From assembly GCF_002105155.1 (NCBI RefSeq), contig NW_019029020.1:310001-374000 (forward strand): a stretch of 64,000 bases of DNA, written 5' to 3'. A program made the translations under genes and the position numbers. The notes under the pieces are model-generated. The model had not been told where the DNA came from. It saw only the letters and a program-made list of their open reading frames with translations, and did no database searches. Source of the DNA: Lobosporangium transversale. Taxonomy: Eukaryota. Position 1 is the stretch's first letter; every line of letters starts with the position of its first letter. This document shows, piece after piece, positions 26,679 to 36,900 of the stretch.

Positions 26679-27309
26679 GTTCCGACGCAGACTCTTGGCT
26701 GGTAATGTTTAATGGGTGAGAAAAAATTGTTCTAAATGAGATTACATTCTGTCTGCTTCTTGGGAGCTTCACGTGACCAATGGTATACTCCAAAAGGAGG
26801 CAAATGGTAATTCAAGTTCTTGAGAAAAAGGCCCTCATAGATGCAACATGTGCTTGCTCCCCAAGCTATGTGAAAGCACCGCTCCGCCCATGCTTAAAGA
26901 AGCTATTAGCAAGTTACCGAGCAATGAAAAGTTCAAGCACTTTTCCCTCTTATTGACGTGGTTGGCGAGAATAATGGATACAACAGTGATTATGATATTA
27001 ACTATCATATTGCTCTGATGCTATGCTCCATCAGTCTAATAAGCACGATACAGATCGCTTATCTTACCTATAGCCCTCCTTCTAAAGAAGCGGTCGAAAT
27101 GACAACGAAAAACTAAAGATCAATGGTAGACATAACATGACCTTGTCGTCCATGTGTGTCTCCATTTCAGACAGAAATACATGTTGAGCTTGTTACTGAT
27201 AGATGAGAGAAAATTTTAAGTATGACAAAATTTGACAGTTGCAACTTCATCTTTTTCTTTGAATCATTATTCATCACATCATCAAAAAAAAGATCCTTCG
27301 TGTTAAAAA

Positions 27310-27528
27310 ATGTCATCTACAAGAGTGCCTTTGACTGAAAGGCCAAAAGACCTTGCCATGTTTATTTACTTTGTCACGCATATCCCTACTACTATATTAA
27401 TGGATATAGTCCCGCTGTACCCAAGCTTCATGAAGCCCTATGTCCAACCGTTGGTTCAGTTCACTGGTAAATATTCAGTGTTTTACTAGACTTTTCTCTG
27501 AATCATTTGACATGAACGCTGAAGGACA

Positions 27529-27562
<34 letters not shown>

Positions 27563-27970
27563 CCATACAATTCAACAGAGTATTATGTCGACACCTACAA
27601 GGACCCATTTATTGCAGATAGATCTCTCATTTGGTTTAACACGTTTTTGCACATGGAGGGACTTATTCAATTGCCTATCTTTTTCTTTGCTGCTTGGGGC
27701 TTATACCACAATAAGAGAAGTATTGCTCTGTGGATCTGCGTTTATGCTGCTCATGTTATCACGACGGTATTGCCTTGCATCGCTACCCTGAACTTTGGCA
27801 CGGCTAAGGATTTCCCATTCCATATCACGGATAAACAAAAACTGTTTTTGATCAGTCTTTACACGCCATGGTTCTTGTTCCCAGCCTGGATGTTGTATGA
27901 ATGCTTTCACCGTGTCCGATCTAACGAAAGAAGTATTGTCTCCTCCCAGGCCGACAAAAAACAACAATGA
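27310..27970 (+). CDS. EXPERA-domain membrane protein (TMEM97/sigma-2 receptor-like), 2 exons
   Basis: RPKDLAMFIYFVTHIPTTILMD...YKDPFI...WFNTFLHMEGLIQLPIFF...YAAHVITTVLPCI...YTPWFLFPAWML, ending in a KKxx ER-retrieval signal (DKKQQ). Confidence 0.9.
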
Positions 27971-28189
27971 CGATGATCCATGACGAGGACGAAAACATTT
28001 GTTCTAGATGCTATTAGCTACGCGCATGAATTAAACGAGTAGATAGTTGGCATATCTGTACGTGTGTGTAATTTGATTCTTTTTTGTGCCAAAGCGTGGG
28101 TGTTTTTTCTTTTTTGGTGTTTATTGATGCAGGGTGCTTGACTAGCTCAAATATCAAATAAACATCCCAGCTTGTTGGGGCAACACATT

Positions 28190-28222
<33 letters not shown>

Positions 28223-28297
28223 CGCACACATTTTATTTTCTCTCTCCACAACCTGTCCACACTTCTGAACATTACATCCACTTCGTTGCTATTCACA

Positions 28298-29032
28298 ATG
28301 ACCACTGTCAAAAGTAGATTCGACGCTACCTCTACAGGCGCTCAGCAACAAACAGATGATCCTTGGCTATCGACTTATTCACGAGCACTCTGCTCCATTT
28401 ATCCTAAAGACGAGGAGGACTGTTGGGATTACCTTCTTTCTTCACAACCCACAAGTGTCTTTTCAAAGTCACTTGATGAGTCCACTCAGCCTTCTAGTAT
28501 CCCGAATAAAGCTGACAGGCCACTGTTAGGCAGTTCAGAGAAGATGAGTAGTTCTCCCTCCAATATGTTATCGCTTTCATCCTCCTCGATTTCACCACAC
28601 CCAATGGACTCTGGCAGTACAAATTTAAGTAGTAGTAAGGGTATTGATTCACTACTCGCACCTTTGAGTCCTGGAAGCATTCCCCATACGTTATGCAAAA
28701 TTGGATTTGACTGTATTGACTACTTCACATCCACACAAGACGATCTGGAGTCCGAAGTCCCTAAGCCAACATCCTCACCCAATAATCCCCACATGACCGG
28801 TCCAGCATATACAAGTCGTATGCTAGAATGTCTCAATGAAGCTGATTGGAGGACTGATATTGCTGCTGCAGTCTGCGGCAAGCGGACTGCGGCTCTTGAA
28901 CGAAAACGAGCTCTATCACGGACCACAAGTCAAGAAGATGTCATGGCTACATCTGAAACTTTTGCGAGTGACGATCCCTGGTTACAAACACTTGATCGAC
29001 TGGCACGGTGGGAGGAGGTAGCCTATCGCTGA
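28298..29032 (+). CDS. Hypothetical Ser-rich protein, 244 aa, intronless
   Basis: Open frame from an ATG in good context (ACAATG) downstream of a poly-T tract. No domain recognised. Confidence 0.65.
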   Translation: MTTVKSRFDATSTGAQQQTDDPWLSTYSRALCSIYPKDEEDCWDYLLSSQPTSVFSKSLDESTQPSSIPNKADRPLLGSSEKMSSSPSNMLSLSSSSISPHPMDSGSTNLSSSKGIDSLLAPLSPGSIPHTLCKIGFDCIDYFTSTQDDLESEVPKPTSSPNNPHMTGPAYTSRMLECLNEADWRTDIAAAVCGKRTAALERKRALSRTTSQEDVMATSETFASDDPWLQTLDRLARWEEVAYR

Positions 29033-29409
29033 TTCTTTTAATAAATTTCTCCATAAAGTTATATTGAACTTTGTTCGTGATTTTTATACTCACCTTAAAG
29101 GTTGAGTTGCAGAGTTTTTGATGTGCTCTATCAGTTGTATATACTCTCTATGCACCAGCTCTTTCACAACTTATGCCGTTTCATTTAGAAAAATGATTAA
29201 GACATAAGTGAATGAACAGTTTTAATTGACTACTATTCAATTCAAGTAATCAACATTATCCAACGCTTGACATAAGGAAAGAGGATATTCAAATTGTTGC
29301 TACATCTTAATGAGAGGAGTCATAGAATTAATTCAATTTGAAATGTAGAAATCTTATTATGATATCACTTTGTTCAATACTTGGGCAAAGCCTCGGAAGG
29401 TACCCTTAA

Positions 29410-29440
<31 letters not shown>

Positions 29441-29517
29441 CCACGTTACTTGTAAACAACGCCTGTGTGAATCTCTACAGTTTGCATCTCTCGCTACCTG
29501 AAGTATAAACCATCGTC

Positions 29518-31799
29518 ATGTCAACCTCAGTTAGTGTCTCAGTAAGCTCATGTAAAGGCTCTAGCTCCCGACTACTCGTTTACATTGATTGTAAGCGACC
29601 CATGAGGCTCGGTCAAGCGACTGGCAAAAGCGTGCCCTCTTACATGCAACAAAAACGCCTTGGACACACATGGATCTCGGGCCACCCTCATAGTATCCTT
29701 TACAAACCTTTTACACCCTGCAATAAGACTGCTGTAGCCGGAAAACGAAATAATATCAGCAAATGTAGCACTGGTACAAGTGAAATCCATGGTTTGAACA
29801 ACAATGGAAGCTCGTCATCCTTCTCTTCCTTTTTCTTGGACTTTGCTGGAAACAGCCGCTATCAAGCTTATAACCTTGCACGCTTCTCAACATTCTCAGT
29901 TGCATCGTCGCCCTCATCACCAGCTTCATCACTAAAAGCTTCATCCTCGATAAAAACGTCCGAGACAAAGGATACCGATGCGACACAGGGCACCGGTGAC
30001 AAAACTTCTACAGGTTCCAGTACGGAAGGATCTCATTCAAACTCCGCAACGGCCGATTCACAATCACCATCAACTTCAACTTCCACAACTGCATTCAACA
30101 ATGAACAACACTATGACGATAAGGACGATGCCTGGGCAGTTAACGAAAGTTATTCAGGACACAGTGGCCACAGTTTTTCGTCGTTGTCGACCCCCACAGC
30201 AACTGCCCATCCTGATGCGACTTCAGAGTCTTCATCATCAACATCTATTTCGAATGGTACGATATCAAGCAGTGGAGCAAAGGACGAAATTGATGTCGAT
30301 TATAAAGAGTCTCAGGTGCTGCCACAACCATCAATGTCTTCATTTAAAACTCCTGCTGCTATTCAAGCGTCATGGCACCGCACTTCCGAATCCTTGCCTT
30401 CTGTGACTACCCCGAATGGAACTTCAGTCTTATCAAACTCTTCGAGTAAAGCAGGAGGGCTCGATCTGAGTTCCAGTACACTTGTTCAACAAATGCTCTT
30501 TAAGGAGCGTGTACCCCACGTAGATAGTTCAGACGATGAGGAAAATAGTTGGAGGAAGTCAAATCAAGGTAATCTAATGGACAGCAGTTATAAATCTCAA
30601 GAGCAGCTAAAAAATCCAAACTCACCTATTCAGCATGGCGATGACAGTCATTCGGTCTGGGATGATGTGGATCATTTGCTGGAACAAAAGCGAAGCCATG
30701 CCTGAGATATGTACATTTTTGAATAACTCATCAGAGTCACATCGTGCCTATAATTGTTGTGTCTTTGATTGCAAGCACACTACAATAAAATTTTTTATTG
30801 GATGTTGTATATGGGACTTGTCAATAGTGCTTTAACATGCTTTTATCCTCTATTACCTAAATACTCTGGTTTGTAGAAAATTTTACAGACAACAATGAAC
30901 CTGACGAGGGGACTGCCATAACAATGGGTTCTTCTGCTGTGAGTCCTTCATTGACGTCGATGATACTTAATCAAGGCAATAGCGCTGAGCCCCACTTAAG
31001 TGATGCAGTAACCGCCATCGTCAAGGATCAAAACAATAAAGCGAAAGCTGAAGATGGATCTAATGAGGAAGATCATATTTCAAAGCTAGATATTAGAGTT
31101 GGTATTGTCCGCTCAGTTTCGGCACACCCAGGTGCTGAATCTCTTTACATTGAGCAAGGTTAGAAGATCCAATCATACGTAGCTCTACGATACACGTTGC
31201 AGCTGAAAGCAGTAATTGATTTATTTCTTGCTGCCATTTAATTCTCAGTGGATTTAGGCGACAAAGAAGCCGACGTGCCAAAGGAACCTAGAACCATTGT
31301 CAGCGGTCTTGTGCGTTATGTCCCCAAGGATTATCTAGAAGGCCGCGCTGTAATTGTAGTTGGAAATATGAAGCCATCCAAGCTACGAGGCGTTGTATCA
31401 GAGGGTATGCTTTTATGTGCCATGGAGCAGGACTTGAATGGCGAGGTCATCAAAGTGGGGTTATTAGAGCCTGCAGAAGGGAGCCGGCCAGGAGATAAGA
31501 TCACTTTCGAGGGATACACTGATGAAGGTCAGTGTTTTTACATGGGATGTGACCACGCTATACTCTTTCAAGTTATTTATTTTTATTTTATCCACGTTAT
31601 GCTAATTCTGTCCGTGTGTTAACGATTCCAAATAGCCACTATACCAGCAGCTGTACTTACTCCAAAACGCAAATGGTTTGAGAAATCACGTGTGCATTTC
31701 TATGTCAAAAATGGTGTCGCATACTACAAGGGGTCTCCTTTTAAATCAGCTCAGGGCCTTGTTCGCTGTAAAACTATTTCTGAAGGACAAATATCGTAG
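29518..31799 (+). CDS. Protein with long Ser/Thr-rich N-terminus and C-terminal tRNA-binding OB domain (Arc1/EMAP-II/Trbp111 type)
   Basis: SKLDIRVGIVRSVSAHPGAESLYIEQVDLG...PRTIVSGLVRYVP...VVGNMKPSKLRGVVSEGMLLCA...LLEPAEGSRPGDKITFEG. The link to the 29518 ORF through intron 30569-30876 is inferred. Confidence 0.8.
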
Positions 31800-32075
31800 A
31801 GTCAGCTCATCTAGTTGATATAGGTTCTTGGCGACACTTTTGTAGAACATGACAACATATTAGACTGAAATTGAAATTGTGAAAATTGTTGGTGGCTCGA
31901 GCACCAGGATGCTTGTGATTGGCCCATAATTAGGACTGGTTTAGGATGGCGAAATTTTTTTGATTCATTTCTGATGCGATTGCGCCATCCTATCGCTCAA
32001 AAAAATTCGCCCAAACGGAGGCTGTGTGTGGAAGGGACTTGAATCTTGTCCCTGGCATCTGTTTCTCTTCATCAT

Positions 32076-32115
<40 letters not shown>

Positions 32116-32257
32116 AATCTCCTTCGTCCATTCTTTTCATGATTTTTCCTTAAAATTACCCCTTCATTATTTTTACACTTTCTTGCTTTCTTACCGACTC
32201 TTGCCATATCATTACCATCTCTTCTTATCATTTGTTCCGTCCGCTCTTTCAGTAGAC

Positions 32258-34431
32258 ATGAACTACGATTCCCTTCTAGACTCATCCGAGTGGCTAGCTC
32301 CTTCGCTCTGCCTCAATGCCGATGCAAATGAAGACCTTGCACCTGTTCAACCTACAAAAGACAATCTATTACCTGCCTCTTTTCCCACTCTCACCTGGTC
32401 TAAACAATCCTCTGATATGAACAATGCAGAAAAGGCAGAAAAGCGACTGTGTTATCGGCACAGACCAGATTTGCGGTCTAAGCGAGCAGCGGACGAGATT
32501 CAACTCGAGGCATTGCAACAAGTATGTTTGAGTTATGCTTATACTCGTACTTTGTCTTCAACGCAGTATCAATTCGAAAATGCGACTGAATACCCAGTAT
32601 TAATATTTTACTTTTGTTTTGGCGTCTATAGGATATTGGGCGTCTGCCACAGCAAGATCAACAAATCATTTCTCATATTTGGTCTCTCTTCGGATCTGCA
32701 CCAGCTGGTCATCGTCAGTTGGTTCTTAGTGGTCTGCTTACCCAATGTTGTGTTCCTCAGCTTTCATTTCTTTCAAATCACCTTCAGCCTTTACTCCGAA
32801 TCGACTTCCTGACCATCCTTCCAACCGAAATTACACTTCGTATTCTTTCTTACCTTGATGCCAAGTCGCTTTGTCATGCAGCCCAAGTATGCAAGGCATG
32901 GAGGCGCTTAGCAGATGATGATGTTGTATGGCATAGAATGTGTGAACAGCATATTGGCCTGAAATGTACAAAGTGTGGTTGGGGCCTACCACTCTTGGAA
33001 AAGAAGAAAGTTAGATCAAGGCGTCAATCAGAACAACAACGCCAGCAGCAACAATTTCAAGCAAGTCAGGACAGTCAAGATGAAAGTGATCTAGAGATAC
33101 ACCCGTATGTGGCTCATTCACTGCCATATCAGCCTGCGTCAACCACAGCTTCACTTCCATCCCCCCCGGCATCCCTCTCTCCTACAGAAGAACGAGTATC
33201 ATATAGCTGGCCTGGCAGGCGGCGTAGGGCATCAAGTGATTTCGAGAATAGGGGACGACTACTGAAGCGTGCTCGCAACGACTTAAGGCCATTATCTCCG
33301 GACTCCGATGACATAAGTAGCTGTCCAACGCCCTTATTCCAATCTCCAGAACCGCCAGCTAAACCTTCAGGAGCAACAAAACGGCCATGGAAAGAGATTT
33401 ATTCAGAACGCCTGATCGTTGAACGCAACTGGAGGAAACGAAATTGCAAAGTGAGGGAGTTCCGTGGCCACACTGATGGAGTCATGTGTCTACAATTCGA
33501 TGACACTTTCCTTATCACTGGGTCCTATGATAACACGGCCAAAGTCTGGAACATCGAGACTGGCGAGTGCCTTCGCACTTTGAAGGGACATGCTCTTTGT
33601 GTGCGAGCACTCCGCTTTGATGAAGCCAAGCTTATTACAGGATCCATGGATCGCACTCTTAAGATTTGGAACTACCACACTGGACAGTGCATTCGCACTT
33701 TACAGGGCCATACCGATGGCGTCGTCACACTTGATTTTGACTCACGTATTCTGGCTTCTGGATCGGTAGATTCAACAATCAAAATCTGGAATTTTGCGAC
33801 CGGAGAGTGTTCAACACTCAAAGGGCATACTGACCTTGTCAACAAGGTACAGATTTATAAGAAGACTATGCTCTTCTCTTGCAGCGACGACACTACTGTT
33901 AAGCTTTGGGATATTGCCTCTAGGGCCTGCATTAGAACATTCACTGGTCATGTTGGCCGTGTGCAATCCTTGCAAACCTCAAGGGATGCATTGATCTCTG
34001 TTCTCGCAAATAGGCGACATGTCAGGTCGACTAGTGGGGCATTATCGCCAAAACTCCTCGAAAGTGGTCGCCAGTCACCATCCTATGACGGTACCTCATC
34101 TGATGGCGAGATGCGGACAATGATGCCTATTGTTGTAACTGGCGGGCTTGACAATACACTCAAGGTTTGGAACGCAGAGACAGGAGAGTGTCTTAATACG
34201 CTTTTTGGTCACGAAGAGGGCGTTTGGAGTCTAGCCTTTGACAAACTCCGTGTTGTCTCTGGAAGTCTTGATAAGACAATCAAAGTGTGGGACACAGAAA
34301 GCGGTGAGTGTCTGTACACACTACCTGAACCAGAAGGCCCCGTCACTTGTGTGGATCTCGGAGACACTAGAATTGTGGGAGGATCAGCGAATGGCAATGT
34401 TCTTATGTGGGATTATGGTGTTCGTTTGTAG
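32258..34431 (+). CDS. sconB: F-box/WD40 sulfur controller (Met30/SconB/Pof1 family); exons 32258-32521, 32632-34431
   Basis: CYRHRPD motif, ISHIWSLFGSAP..., F-box IDFLTILPTEITLRILSYLDAKSLCHAAQV, WHRMCEQHIGLKCTKCGWGLPLL, RPWKEIYSER and multiple GH...WD repeats. Confidence 0.93.
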
Positions 34432-34554
34432 TCAGAGTAAATCTTTTATAAAACTGTATTTTATTTGTAAAATAAATTGTATTTCTCCGATTCGTGGAGC
34501 ATCAAAGTAAAGTTAGTTTAATAATTAATGGGTGGATAGATTATTTCACTACAG

Positions 34555-34800
34555 ATGGCAAAAGAGGGACTGACGCATATTGCCAACCCTGGGCGCCACC
34601 GAAAATTGGCTGTTTGTATGAGAGACTGCTGGCATGACAAGCCTGTGCTTATCGGGTCTCTTTTGAAAGAGAACCCGGGTCAAGTAGACACAGGCGATGT
34701 TTTCCGCTTCGATCACGTTGCGGCCGAAGCAGATTTGGCAAACTGGGATAGTATTTTGAGCGCGGCTTCGAGGAAGCTGCATTGGGTAGCTCACACTGGT
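34555..34800. other. GC-rich, multi-hairpin intergenic island; candidate structured ncRNA of unknown class
   Basis: Several stem-loops lie between AT-rich flanks (34641-34696, 34703-34733, 34762-34780). No recognisable protein in the overlapping short ORFs. Confidence 0.35.
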
Positions 34801-35090
34801 AATCTAATGGCCAAGATATTTTGTTTATTCGAACCGTCGTTGTTATTAACAGTGATGATAATAATACACCATTCAAAATCATCGAATTACCCGCTACATC
34901 AAGTGGCGTATATGGATGGAAGCTTGGTAATGGTATTTGAGTTACGCAAACAGCTGCTCATCTAGTATGCGCCACCAAAATTACAAGTGCGGCAATTGTG
35001 ATATCTCAGCCACACCAAGGAATCTTGTAGCGTGCTCATTTTTGCGAAATCATTAATCCTTCTCATACCTCTCGTATAAAAACACGCACA

Positions 35091-35646
35091 ATGTCTGCCA
35101 TTCTCAACACTCTGACTAAAGTCGCCATCCCTATTGGAGCTACTGTGTCATTCTTACAGTACAGCATGTACGATGGTAAGCTCTTTTTATACGCAACCAA
35201 GCATCAAGACACAATTTGATACAGCTCGGCCTACCTAATCCCGAGAATGCACTGGGAATCCCTACTACTTTCTCTCACACGTTTCTGAAAAAACTGGAAT
35301 ACTGTCCTATCCTTTTCAATTCAACACTTCAACAGTTTCCGCTACTACCTAAGAACCAGGGATCGTATCAACAAGGGTTGTAAGACGACCCACCCTTTAA
35401 ATGTGGGGCATGACTGCCCTGAAAACGCAAAATTATTGGAGGGCACGTAAACATTGTGGCTTACGAAGACCAATATTTGAGACTAGATTGGCGGCGTATG
35501 TAAAACCAACAAAAGTCTGACCATCCTGCAGAAACATTAGAACAATATATTTTTAAGACTGGTGACTGGGATCTATATTTGAAATAGCAGCCGTTTTTTT
35601 CACTAGAGAATGATGGCTTTGGCGAATATCTCTTAGACAACTTGCG

Positions 35647-35700
<54 letters not shown>

Positions 35701-36649
35701 CAATAATAGTTCAGGGAGGATACCGTGCTGTCATTTTCGACAGGCTAGAGGGAGTTAAGCCCAACCCTGTGGGCGAAGGTACGCATTTTTTGATCCCTTG
35801 GCTGCAGCGCGCCATTCAGTTCGACGTCCGCACTAAGCCCCGCAACATTTCTACAACAACCGGGTCCAAGGATATGCAGATGGTGACTTTGACTCTTCGT
35901 GTCCTTCACCGCCCTGATCTCAAAAATCTTTCTCAGATCTACCAGGGCCTCGGATTGGACTATGATGAACGTGTTCTACCCTCAATCGGTAACGAAGTCC
36001 TGAAGTCAATTGTAGCTCAATTTGATGCTGGTGAATTAATTACTCAGCGCGAACTTGTTTCCTCTAAAATCCGCGAGGACCTCGCCAAGCGCGCAAGAGA
36101 GTTCCATATTGAGCTTGAGGACGTTTCGATTGTAGGTATAATGTTCTATTCTTTGACACAAGTCGGATAATCTTAATGTATACGACGACCACTACTAAAA
36201 ATTATTTTCTGTTTTGTATCTTGTCTGCATAATAGACCACTATGACATTTGGTCGCGATTTCACCAACGCTGTTGAGCAGAAACAGATCGCCCAGCAAGA
36301 GGCCGAGCGTGCCAAGTTCATTGTCGAAAAAGCAGAACAAGAGAAAAACGCCTCGATTATTAGAGCCGAGGGTGAAGCGTACGTTAGTTGTAGCCCACCT
36401 TATCGTCCAAGCTTGGCTCTCATTTATGACTGTTGCTAATTCCATTTTTTTAAAAATATTTTCCTTCATTCTTCAAGCCATGCTGCTGAGATTATTTCCG
36501 CATCTTTGGAGAAGGCTGGTGCCGGATTGATTGAGCTTCGTCGTATTGAGGCCTCCAAGGATATCGCTGGCACCCTGGCCAATGCTAAAAATGTTACCTA
36601 CCTCCCTAACCAGAAGGGTAACAACATGTTGTTGAATATCCCTGTTTAA
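35091..36649 (+). CDS. phb1: Prohibitin-1 (SPFH/band 7), 4 exons
   Basis: [21 protein letters not shown]...[13 protein letters not shown]...[19 protein letters not shown]...[32 protein letters not shown]...[17 protein letters not shown]...[14 protein letters not shown]. Confidence 0.97.
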
Positions 36650-36900
36650 ACATAGCATGGGGGTTTAGGGACGTCTGGACAGGAGGAGTTGCAGGGCTGC
36701 AACCGCCTAAAATTGAATTTTAGAAACATCATTAAAGCCAATCATTTCTTATGAATGTTGTGACAGCTGGTTTGTTTCAGTGTTGAATTAAAAGTGAAAT
36801 AGAAGGTTGACTATTGCCACGGTATCACCACAGGCTCATCGGTTTGTTCTTGACATTCAACGATCCACATTTCTGGCGTAGTAACAAATAGAAAGTCGTC

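Noticed and set aside
31686..31692. TCACGTG (Cbf1-type sulfur-regulon motif) upstream of Met30/SconB
   Set aside because: It lies inside the coding exon of the neighbouring gene, and a single 7-mer is not informative.
34649..34961. Minus-strand short ORF ending ACT-TGA-T with a +1 frame continuing D-V-A (antizyme-like frameshift or Sec codon)
   Set aside because: The +1 frame is only about 55 aa with no antizyme domain, and TGA read-through hits another stop within a few codons.
34555..34965. 136-aa plus-strand ORF as a protein gene
   Set aside because: No recognisable domain, and it starts only about 120 bp after the Met30 stop. Kept only as an alternative to the ncRNA hypothesis.
36659..36670. 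GGGGTTTAGGG telomere-like word after PHB1
   Set aside because: A single unit with no array.
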